From Klebsormidium nitens (lineage: Eukaryota; Plantae; Klebsormidiophyceae): a stretch of 42,261 bases of DNA. Shown here in pieces: positions 9,873-19,410 of the stretch. Position 1 is the first letter of the stretch. Each line of letters starts with the position of its first letter. The position numbers and the translations under genes are program-made. Location: contig DF237687.1 in the NCBI GenBank assembly GCA_000708835.1, positions 1 through 42,261 of the forward strand, read 5' to 3'. Under the pieces are notes generated by a model that was given only the letters and a program-made list of their open reading frames with translations, ran no database searches and had not been told where the DNA came from.

Positions 9873-10241
9873 GGGGTGGCCGCTCTTCACAGAATGTGAG
9901 CATGTACGGCAACGCTTTAGCAGATACTCTGGCACATGCGCATGCAAGGGCAGTGATGAACAGATGGTCCCGTCAAAGACAACCCAAGCAGAAAACGGGC
10001 CCCCCACTCGAACCAAACGTCAGTCTGCCCAGCAGTAAAAGACTTCGAGACGGTGTTGCCCCAAGCGTCCCTCGAAGGAGCGGAAGGACAAGAAGGCCCC
10101 CGGTTCAGTATGCAACCGGCGTTTACCCGCCACGGGGTGGCCGCTCTTCACTGAATGTGAGCATGTACGGCAACGCTTTAGCAGATACTCTGGCAGATGC
10201 GCATGCAAGGGCAGTGATGAACAGATGGTCCCGTCAAAGAC
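9873..10241 (+). repeat. ~108-bp near-identical direct repeat, 261-bp (87-codon) period
   Basis: GGGGTGGCCGCTCTTCAC...CCCGTCAAAGAC at 9873-9980 and 10134-10241. Confidence 0.9.
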
Positions 10242-12332
10242 ACGAGCAAGCCGAGCGAAACCGGGCCGACCACAACAGAGTCTGGCAAGAAGCGCTTCGG
10301 CGGCACGAGATGAGGAGGCAGGAGCTTCAGAGCAGGAAGAGAAAGACAGATGCTGGCGGGTCCAGTCCTCACAGGACCAAACGGACAAAAGGGAACGAGG
10401 CTGACCAGAGACAATCTGCCCGGGTCAGGTGGCAGCCCAACCAGTTGTCTTACAACCGTCTTGGACAGCAAAGGAGCGCGCGTACGAAAGCACAACGGAT
10501 GGTCCCCAAGCGCCCCAAGAAAACCGCTAAGAACACGCCTGGACTCTCCGGAGAGACAGCGGCGAGACAGCAGTCCGCGAANNNNNNNNNNNNNNNNNNN
10601 NNNNNNNNNNNNNNNNNNNNNNNNNNNNNNNNNNNNNNNNNNNNNNNNNNNNNNNNNNNNNNNNNNNNNNNNNNNNNNNNNNNNNNNNNNNNNNNNNNNN
10701 NNNNNNNNNNNNNNNNNNNNNNNNNNNNNNNNNNNNNNNNNNNNNNNNNNNNNNNNNNNNNNNNNNNNNNNNNNNNNNNNNNNNNNNNNNNNNNNNNNNN
10801 NNNNNNNNNNNNNNNNNNNNNNNNNNNNNNNNNNNNNNNNNNNNNNNNNNNNNNNNNNNNNNNNNNNNNNNNNNNNNNNNNNNNNNNNNNNNNNNNNNNN
10901 NNNNNNNNNNNNNNNNNNNNNNNNNNNNNNNNNNNNNNNNNNNNNNNNNNNNNNNNNNNNNNNNNNNNNNNNNNNNNNNNNNNNNNNNNNNNNNNNNNNN
11001 NNNNNNNNNNNNNNNNNNNNNNNNNNNNNNNNNNNNNNNNNNNNNNNNNNNNNNNNNNNNNNNNNNNNNNNNNNNNNNNNNNNNNNNNNNNNNNNNNNNN
11101 NNNNNNNNNNNNNNNNNNNNNNNNNNNNNNNNNNNNNNNNNNNNNNNNNNNNNNNNNNNNNNNNNNNNNNNNNNNNNNNNNNNNNNNNNNNNNNNNNNNN
11201 NNNNNNNNNNNNNNNNNNNNNNNNNNNNNNNNNNNNNNNNNNNNNNNNNNNNNNNNNNNNNNNNNNNNNNNNNNNNNNNNNNNNNNNNNNNNNNNNNNNN
11301 NNNNNNNNNNNNNNNNNNNNNNNNNNNNNNNNNNNNNNNNNNNNNNNNNNNNNNNNNNNNNNNNNNNNNNNAGTCAGATGGCAGCCCAACCAAATGGAAA
11401 CGCAAGTTTCACCGTACGAAAATGAAGCCGTAGGCTTCAATGTCGATGTGGACAATGCCGATCAGTTAGAAGCAGAAAGGCACGTGAATGCAGCTGCAAT
11501 AGCAGTAAACAGGGCCAGAAACTCAACAAACAGACCACTGCAGAACGAGAACCTTCGGAATGCTTCTGAACACTTGCAACAAGTACCTGGTGGAACGTTA
11601 CATTTGGATGTTGCACAGGAGGCTATCAATGATGCAATGAATGCCACGACCGGAGATGCTGCCGTGCAACACATGGATGTTGCTCAGACACACATTCAGG
11701 AGGAGCCACGAAGGAGTGCAAGGACAAGGAGGCCAGTGGTCCGGGTGGCAAACGCCGTTTACCCACCACGGGGTGGCCGTGCGGCACAGAATATAAACAT
11801 GTACCGTGACCCTCCGAGAAACAATCGGGCACGTGCCCACGTCCAGGCAGCCCTTGATGCGGTGGCAAACGGTCAAGGTAGGGCGATCGCAAATGCACAC
11901 ATCAAGCAGGCAGTCAACAATCTGCAACCTGATGCACCCAATGCCCGCCAAATTGCAGCCAGTGTGGTCGAGGCTAACAATGCAATCAATGCCCAAAGTG
12001 CGGCAGCTGCCGCTCAGCACGTAGCAAACGCTCAAGACCATTTGATGAATAATGCTGGCCCTTCCCAGCCCAACACAAGTGGCCAATGGACAAGTGCTAG
12101 AAGCAACTTTGGACCTCCCAGTGCAAGTCCCAGAACACCTTCGAACCACACCCTCATCACTTCAGATGGGCGGCCAACTACGTATGGCATCTTTAGAAGG
12201 ACCAGGAACTCGAGTGGACGCTTGCAGCATCATAAATCAGTCTCGAAGGGTGATGGTGAATATGGGTGGAAGGCCTGCTCCAAAGAAGCATACAACAAGA
12301 GCACTACAGCAAAGAAGGTGAACCTGTCCTAA
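9902..12332 (+). CDS. Arg-rich then Ala/Asn/Gln-rich repetitive protein spanning an assembly gap
   Basis: Open frame on both sides of the gap, with shared motifs PRRS[GA]RTRRP...VYPPRGGR and VRWQPNQ before and after it, suggesting a single gene. Confidence 0.6.
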
Positions 12333-12377
12333 TCTGCGTCAAGAAAGCACATGCTTTTCCCAACATATCTGAGAAGA

Positions 12378-12641
12378 ATGGAGCTCCCAATCCTAGTGGT
12401 CAGGCCCAGTCCATCAGCATCAAAGGAGGCGGTTCTGACTGCCGCGATGGATCACTGGTTTGCACGAGCAGTCTCGGTGCTGGAAGCAGGTCCCTTGTCC
12501 GAACTTACAGGTATTATACGTGCTCAATGTGAACTCATGCTAGCTTGGAATGCTGTTCGCCCAATAAAGCAAGACATAACCGCAAAGCTGAGTTTGCCTT
12601 GCTTAGGCACTGTCAGGTGCTACCTTCAAAATGTGCAATAG
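12378..12641 (+). CDS. Small hypothetical protein
   Basis: ATG ORF of 87 aa (MELPILVV...), helical composition, no motif. Confidence 0.35.
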   Translation: MELPILVVRPSPSASKEAVLTAAMDHWFARAVSVLEAGPLSELTGIIRAQCELMLAWNAVRPIKQDITAKLSLPCLGTVRCYLQNVQ

Positions 12642-12925
12642 CGGCCATATGGTTTGTGGGGCATCGACATCAACATCTGTCTGACACGCCTTCTTCAGAG
12701 GTGTCAAAGGCAATCTACTGCTCTGCTCTGCTCTCTTTCAGTCTCTCAAGCACTCCTTCTTGTGATGCGAGTGTTCACACCAGCACGCTGAGGATCAGAC
12801 GATATACTTGAAAGTGGAAGCCCAGGAGTTGCAACATTTGGTGGCAGCCTGATTTCAAGCGCGTGTGGATCTTGCTGTAGCCTGCAAACATGTGAAAGGT
12901 GTCGTATGATCTGGTATGCAGGTTA

Positions 12926-13207
12926 TCAAGCATGCATGTACAAGGGCCTGGAGCGTAGGTAATCAAGGGTACACCTTCGATTGATGAAATACACATACCT
13001 GGCATTGTCCAGCTTCTTCTGCAATTCCCGCATGTTGCGTTGGTGGCCATCTTCAATGCTGCGTGTCTCCTTATCATGTATTCTGTTGCGCTCGCGATTC
13101 AGCATGTCATCCCGCAACTCCCTGGCTTGGTGACGTGTCAGAGGGGGCGGCAGAGCAGCATCGCTATCCAAAAACTCTGTAAGCTGTTTCAGTGTGTACT
13201 CCTCCAT
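12926..13207 (-). CDS. Hypothetical coiled-coil protein, possibly spliced
   Basis: MEEYTLKQLTEFLD...RELQKKLDNAR reads as protein; AG|GTATGT donor-like site after LDNAR. Confidence 0.3.
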   Translation of the reverse strand: MEEYTLKQLTEFLDSDAALPPPLTRHQARELRDDMLNRERNRIHDKETRSIEDGHQRNMRELQKKLDNARYVYFINRRCTLDYLRSRPLYMHA

Positions 13208-13733
13208 TGCACTTGGGGCAGACAAATTCTTCATGGAGAACGCGCTCAACCGTTGTGTTGATTGGCGAGTACCTGCTCCTTCTCTGCTTACTCATACCCC
13301 AGCTGCCACTTTTGTTCCGCAAATCTGGACCGGGCGGACCGGGTGGACAGACTGTCAGCCCGCCTTCCTCGGGATAGCGTCCGAGGAAAACCCAACTCTC
13401 CGAAATTCGGCGACGAAGCGAAGGGCGGCCGCGCTTGTTGCTTTTGATGACGCAGTTCGCGTCGGCTGAGAGCAACACGGTGCCAATTGCGACGATAATA
13501 GGAAACGGCGACACGCTTCATAGACGACTTGACGGCAATCAATGGACGACAAACATCCTTTTTAGAGCGCAACCGGTGCCAGAATATCCAAAAGACGGAT
13601 CTGCCTTCATGGTATGATTTTGTGCCAGACTCCTTTTCCCTAATCCAACCGCTGTAGCCCTCACTGCAAATGCTTGTGACTACAGCAAAGAGGTGAACGT
13701 GTCCTGATTACATCATCTGATACTGGTCGAGCT

Positions 13734-14498
13734 TCAAAACGTCAACATCTGTCTGACATACTCCGCCTTCTTCAGAGTGTCAAAGGCAGCACGCTTCCTA
13801 CGGTTCTCAAACTTCCATAAGGGCTGCAAATTCTTGTAATGCCAACAGCAATAACTGTCAGTGACCTTGCTGAGGTCCCAGGATGCGCAGGGAATTGAGT
13901 GGTCAATCTCCCACAGAGTCCCGTAGTTGGACCAATGCATGCCCACCTCAAAACGAGACTCGAGGTATGTCCGCAAATAGTCTATATCACATGAAATGTA
14001 TCTAACTGTGGACATAGTCTTCTTGAGGGTACCGGACTGGTGGGCTGCCAGAGCACTGTGTATACGCGTTCTCATGTTTGCGCGCAATGCATAGTTGATG
14101 TCTGTCACCCGGCGCTGCCTCTTCCATTCCCGGTGGTACTCATTGACCTTGTCACGGTTCTTCTCATTGTATGCAGTCCTGGCAGCAGCTTCGCGGGCCG
14201 GGTTGTCACGCCTCCACTGTTGCTTCCTCGCAATGTAGCTGTCACGATGCTCATCATAGTACACTTGCTGATAAGCTCGAAACTTAGCATTGTCTGTCTG
14301 CCACTCCTTCTGATACTGAGGGTTTTTCTCCCTCCACCTCTTCTGTGCAGCCAAGTTGGCAGCTTGATTGTCCAGATACTTCTTCCGGTTGCATTCCCGG
14401 CACATCATGCTCTCCAGCTTGTCTTTGTTGCGGTTGTAGGTGGCAAACTGATGCAAGGGTTGTGTGATGTTACAGCGCTTGCACACTTTGGTCGCCAT
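13734..14498 (-). CDS. HNH homing-endonuclease-like protein of the chlorovirus/prasinovirus type
   Basis: N-terminal CKRC...CREC, a charged W/Y-repeat linker, then YLESRF-x2-GMHWSNYG...WEIDHSIPC-x2-WDL...WHYKNLQPLW-x2-EN-x2-K. Confidence 0.85.
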   Translation of the reverse strand: MATKVCKRCNITQPLHQFATYNRNKDKLESMMCRECNRKKYLDNQAANLAAQKRWREKNPQYQKEWQTDNAKFRAYQQVYYDEHRDSYIARKQQWRRDNPAREAAARTAYNEKNRDKVNEYHREWKRQRRVTDINYALRANMRTRIHSALAAHQSGTLKKTMSTVRYISCDIDYLRTYLESRFEVGMHWSNYGTLWEIDHSIPCASWDLSKVTDSYCCWHYKNLQPLWKFENRRKRAAFDTLKKAEYVRQMLTF

Positions 14499-14530
14499 GG
14501 TGCTGATAGTATGTCTTCGCTTTGCCCTAA

Positions 14531-14893
<363 letters not shown>

Positions 14894-15127
14894 ACATCAT
14901 GTCAAAGGAGAAGCATGAAACAGCATTTGTGGTTTGATGATTGAGAGCTTGAGCAGATGCACAGATACACAAGGGTTTGATACCCTCCCTACAATCAGAA
15001 ACATTACAGTACTTACAATCTGTGTCTCTGCGCAAGCCTGCTGTTTTCCTCGGCCTCAAACACTCCTTCATGTACACTGGTAGTCTCGTGCCTGTACTTA
15101 TTGTTATTTACATGCCTCACTCAACCC

Positions 15128-15716
15128 TCAGTTTACTGAGGTTACTGAGGACAGAGCCGTCCTATACGATGCTGTTGTCTCGGCACTTGCAAAGGTGTCA
15201 TCATATGAGCTGTGCACAAAAACCTCCGGCAGCTTGCTTGGGGGGTTCACCATGCGGTTGATTGTGTGACCTAGCTGGAGGGCCAGTCGAAAGACCTCCT
15301 CAGCGTTCTCCATGCAGCAAGCATGGCCTGCCAAGTCCTCACGCCTCCCTGACCAAGTGCAGCCCACCAACTGTCCACTGACTTCAAAGCTGCGCGGGCA
15401 GCGCGTACTGCAGCAGACGAGCTCATGAAACCATTTCGTCTCCGCCAAGTACCTGCACAGTTATGACAAGGACAGGTCAGGCCTTTCAAAACACAAGTCA
15501 TAATCATGGACTAACTCAACAGCCAGCTCACAGTCCCCTTGCAAGGCTGCCTGAGCTCCACACCATGACGTACCTCTCGTTGCAGCCGCCTCTTGGACAC
15601 TTTATTGAGGTGGTCCTCTTGAGAACAGGCTTGTTATCCAAGGGGGGCACCAAAGTAGCCCCTGATGACGCGGATTCGCAAGAAGAGGCCAGGGTCAAGA
15701 GACTTGGGTACTCCAT
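15128..15716 (-). CDS. Spliced SIAH/TRAF-type zinc-finger-like protein (partial)
   Basis: KCPRGGCNER followed by AG|GTACGT; acceptor TGTGCAG joins in phase to YLAETKWFHELVCC...GCTWSGRREDLAGHACC, a GC-x-W-x-G-x4-L-x2-H pattern. Confidence 0.4.
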
Positions 15717-16131
15717 GCGTGGAAATTCGGGAAGTTCCGACAGGGTTTGAGGTATGACGGGCAGAGTACCTCGAGCCTTGCCTCAAGTATGGCCTTCACC
15801 CACACCAGGCTAATGGTAAGTCCGGACTGGCTCAGTCTGCTCTTACGGGAGTAACGAGTTAACTGGCGGGTATCTTCTGGTGATCGACGGTGACTTTGTT
15901 GAGATCTACGGTTCACCGACGGGTACACGCGAGTGTGCTTGGCTGAAGGACAGTGAATTAAGGTTCATACTTGGAGTACCTGGTGTCACCGAGTATCTCC
16001 GACCGGTTCACCTTCGGCGATCGACGGGTAATTTAGGGTGTGTCGCGGTGATGGACGGTGCATGCAGATGTAGGCTTACAAGCTGTAGCTTGTAAAGTTT
16101 AGCAGTTGGTGCAAAATAAGTTGCCTACCCC

Positions 16132-16779
16132 TCAATTCCTCGCCCTTTTTGCACGTCTCTCATTCCGTGCTTCATCTCCCTTCCGCCTCTTGTTTGCAGC
16201 CAGCAAAGAGTCCATCAACTCCCAGTAGCTCTCCCTGTAGTCCCACAGGAGCTCACTCAGACCCTTTGCCTCACGTGAGCCCTTTGGGTTGTAAGCAGGG
16301 ACGTCAACCTTTGTGATTGCAAACCCGTCTGAGTCAATTTTGACATTGTTGGGGTACGGCGTGCGGTACCCATCGTTCATCATGTGCATGTGAGCCCCAG
16401 GGTACTCATACTCGTCTGCTGGGAACAACACCTCGCCAGCCACAGCAAGCTGCTCCACATCGCTCTGAGGCGGCCTTGAGCCGTCCACAATGATGCCCCT
16501 TATTGTCAGCAGGTAAGCTGCCTTGCCCGCAGCCTCCAACACCTTTGCCTCCCTCTCTACCTCCCTATTCCCGCTCTTCCCCAGCAGAAAGCCCATGTAC
16601 CTCCCAATGACCGTCCCTGCTGGCATGGGGCGTGCGGCAAACAGCCCTAGCTCGTTTGCCTTTCCAATTCCCCTCAAAGCCTCCGACCGCCGGATAAGGA
16701 CCCACGGCCAACAATGGTTTCCTTCGAGGAGGCAGACATCCACCTCTTTATTGGCCCCTACAACGTCGATGAACTCCAT
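16132..16779 (-). CDS. SET-domain lysine methyltransferase (minimal, vSET-like)
   Basis: LGLFAARP-x3-GTVIGRYMG, HMMND...NN and ELLWDY-x2-SYW motifs; basic C-terminal NLS-like tail (KRRK...RRAKRAR). Confidence 0.85.
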   Translation of the reverse strand: MEFIDVVGANKEVDVCLLEGNHCWPWVLIRRSEALRGIGKANELGLFAARPMPAGTVIGRYMGFLLGKSGNREVEREAKVLEAAGKAAYLLTIRGIIVDGSRPPQSDVEQLAVAGEVLFPADEYEYPGAHMHMMNDGYRTPYPNNVKIDSDGFAITKVDVPAYNPKGSREAKGLSELLWDYRESYWELMDSLLAANKRRKGDEARNERRAKRARN

Positions 16780-16883
16780 CCCTCTACTTCAAGGTAAGAT
16801 TAGTTTGTGTCGCCTATCGAGTGCATGCAGAATTTTCTGTCATTCGGCACTGTCAGGATCTCCTTAAGCCTCTGGCGACGTAG

Positions 16884-17480
16884 TCAGGTTCTAGGCCTGA
16901 GACTGCATGGTGGGAGCTGGATTGCAAAGCTGATGTATCCGTCATTTGCCAAATGCGAGACTTGCAAGTCGTTGTCCTTGCAGAACTCGTCGACTGCACG
17001 CCGCACCCCAAAGGTGTACGGAAAGGGGCACTTTTTCGGATTCGCCCCGTAATCATGCCCGCAGATGAAACCCCCCGGCTTCACCCTAGTCAATGCCGCC
17101 GCCAGATCCTTCTTCACGTCCTCATAAGTGTGCGATCCGTCCAGGTACACGAGATCAAAGTACCACCTGTAGAATTGCAGCAGCCCCGGGGGGGACCACG
17201 CCCGATGAATGAATACCCTGTTGTCACCCTCGAACCGTCGCCGCACGTACTCAATTGCATCGTTTCCATGGCAAGTGCGGATAGAGTCACCGTCTCGATT
17301 GCCTGAGACCAGCTGCCCCTCAAACGGGTCGATGAGGTGCAGCTCCGCTGGCTCCAGAGACAGCATGAACGCGGAGAGGTCACCCAGAAACACGCCCACC
17401 TCTGCCATCCTCCATCCGGGCTCCTGCACAACTTCTGCTCGGAGCATGTTCTCCCTGCACTCGTGCTCGATCGGCGCCAT
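16884..17480 (-). CDS. Class I SAM-dependent methyltransferase (Methyltransf_24-like)
   Basis: AEVGVFLGD (motif I), HLIDPF, FDLVYLDGSHTYEDVKKDL, VKPGGFICGHDY, GVRRAVDEF. Confidence 0.9.
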   Translation of the reverse strand: MAPIEHECRENMLRAEVVQEPGWRMAEVGVFLGDLSAFMLSLEPAELHLIDPFEGQLVSGNRDGDSIRTCHGNDAIEYVRRRFEGDNRVFIHRAWSPPGLLQFYRWYFDLVYLDGSHTYEDVKKDLAAALTRVKPGGFICGHDYGANPKKCPFPYTFGVRRAVDEFCKDNDLQVSHLANDGYISFAIQLPPCSLRPRT

Positions 17481-17541
17481 GCTGTTACGCTCTACAACGA
17501 GATTGTGGACCCGCACAAAGCCGCGGGTTTCCTGTGAGCTC

Positions 17542-18243
17542 TCAGACTGCCGACCGTTTTGCCAGGCGTGAACGCAGCTCACTCATCATGTTTGCCGTCT
17601 GAGCTGTCATCCTTATGTTCTGCAAATGCCTTTCGAGATCTCGTTCGGTGAGAGGCTTTGTCTTGTTCACCTTTGGAATGATCTGGCCAACCACAGCCAC
17701 AGGCAGCTTGAGCTTTTTGCGCTCCGCATCTGCCAGAGCAACTGCATCCATGACCCACTTGTACTTGTGACTGTAATTGCGCAGGATGTTGGCATTTGAC
17801 AGGTTGCTGCCTGTGTATTCCCTTGCTACCTTGGCGAGAACCCGTGCATTATGTCCTGCGACTTTGCGTGCCCGCAGGTTGGTTTCGAACATGTTGGCCG
17901 CCCGCTGGCTGCCCGCTTTCCCGGGTGGTGGGGGGAGGGGTGGAGGGGGTGGGGGTGCACGGGCTGCCCTTCGATTCGCCGATGGTTTTGGCCGCGGTTT
18001 CCCCTTCAGCCAAACCATACAGTCATCGATCATGGCTCTCTGGTTTTGTATGATCTGATCTTGCATGGCAGCCATCTTCTTCAATTCTTGAACGACATGC
18101 ACATACGTGCCAAGAGATCTTGTCAATTCCTCAATTTGCAACTTCAATTGGTCAATCTGCAAGTCTCTGGGGTCGTTCTCCAATGACATGCGCTGGAAGT
18201 CAAGTATCCAGCCATTGTTGCTCTTGTTCGCTTTCCGCGTCAT
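17542..18243 (-). CDS. Coiled-coil / polyproline protein
   Basis: Heptad region (LQIDQLKLQIEELTRSL), PPPPPPLPPPP tract, C-terminal amphipathic NMMSELRSRLAKR. Confidence 0.65.
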   Translation of the reverse strand: MTRKANKSNNGWILDFQRMSLENDPRDLQIDQLKLQIEELTRSLGTYVHVVQELKKMAAMQDQIIQNQRAMIDDCMVWLKGKPRPKPSANRRAARAPPPPPPLPPPPGKAGSQRAANMFETNLRARKVAGHNARVLAKVAREYTGSNLSNANILRNYSHKYKWVMDAVALADAERKKLKLPVAVVGQIIPKVNKTKPLTERDLERHLQNIRMTAQTANMMSELRSRLAKRSAV

Positions 18244-18318
18244 TGTCTCATGTATTGCAAGATTTTCTGAGAACTTGGCGTGTTCGTCAAATGTTAGCTG
18301 CTTCAAGCCAATCTACAC

Positions 18319-19296
18319 TCAGAGTATGTACTGGAGATGGGCGGGAGGGAGTATGACCTGGGCGCCGCATGCTCTTGGCCGCAGCTGCTGGATCGATGTT
18401 GCAAACGGATTTCTGAGCAGGAAATTGTGCTGCCAGCAGTAGATTGTGACCCCACAGGCCCTCCTCGTGCAGCACCGCCCTGTTGCAGCTGAGACTACGC
18501 TGCACCTTGCGTTGGGGATTGGTGCCAGGAGCCTCGTTCCCATTTCAGCCGGAGTATCCTGATAATTAACATTGTAAAAGGAAGCTATCTTGTCGTTCAG
18601 CGCCCTTCGCAACTTTCCTGTCGGGTACGCGTCCGCAAGAACGTTGGCTGCCAGCCGCGGGTTCACAATCCCAAATCGCAGACAGCACAGGGCAACCATG
18701 TTACACAGAAGTTGACAGCACTTTCTTCTGTCAAGCTCAGTCCCTTCAGCTGGCCATCGATGTTGTATTGCTTTGTTGTTGCTGACCCACACCGCTTGCG
18801 CTCTTGGGGCTGTTGTGTATCCTGGTACAAGAGCTGGCCGGTCATAAAAGCGGTCAAAAGCCTTAGTTGCAGGATCGAAGAACCATTGTACACGCCGCTT
18901 CAAGTCAAAAAGGAGGAAGGTAGCATGGGCTCTATCACGTTTCCCAACCTCTTTGTAGCGCAGGTACAGGTACACGATTGCGGATCTAACACCCCGCTCC
19001 CCACGGCATGCCTGCAACTCTGCCACAGTCCCTGGAGGAAGCTGAAACGCATCCACTTGAGCATCTATTGAGTTGTTTGGGCCTCCACACCAAACGTCCA
19101 TGGTCAGGTTCTCAGACCTTCTTTGGCAGACTGAATTCCACGGAGTGACAATCAGCCGGAAGAAGCGATGCCAGGCCTGCGTGTGATGAAAGTCGTCCCC
19201 CACATAGTCCGGGATATCGGTGAGGATCCCGTCCATGTATGTTCGAAACGCAGCCTTCAAGTCGTTCATACACCCAGCGGCAACCGCTGTGGCCAT
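18319..19296 (-). CDS. Putative CE-clan (Ulp1/adenain-like) cysteine protease with a C-terminal Cys3His motif
   Basis: H-D-Q-C order: HATFLLFD, FFDP, AIQ, KCCQLLC. C-terminal CSVVSAATGRCCTRRACGVTIYCWQH. Protease call is motif-level only. Confidence 0.5.
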   Translation of the reverse strand: MATAVAAGCMNDLKAAFRTYMDGILTDIPDYVGDDFHHTQAWHRFFRLIVTPWNSVCQRRSENLTMDVWCGGPNNSIDAQVDAFQLPPGTVAELQACRGERGVRSAIVYLYLRYKEVGKRDRAHATFLLFDLKRRVQWFFDPATKAFDRFYDRPALVPGYTTAPRAQAVWVSNNKAIQHRWPAEGTELDRRKCCQLLCNMVALCCLRFGIVNPRLAANVLADAYPTGKLRRALNDKIASFYNVNYQDTPAEMGTRLLAPIPNARCSVVSAATGRCCTRRACGVTIYCWQHNFLLRNPFATSIQQLRPRACGAQVILPPAHLQYIL

Positions 19297-19410
19297 GAGT
19301 GGTTATACAGATAGGGGAGAAATAAGTGGTAATCACTGTTGCATGTACAGTGAGCAATGTTGTTAACTTGTCCATGCCATCATAACATAATCATGTCTTG
19401 TAAGTCACAG

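Noticed and set aside
10582-11371. Long ORFs crossing N gaps (also 28562-29024, 29914-30518, 33605-34496)
   Set aside because: X runs are assembly gaps of estimated size; frame changes across them are not evidence of frameshifts.
16076-16095. Mimivirus-style 3' hairpin rule (TTACAAGCT-GT-AGCTTGTAA after SET; CCTCAGT-TT-ACTGAGG near 15127)
   Set aside because: Only two gene ends show clear hairpins; most others do not, so no general rule can be claimed.
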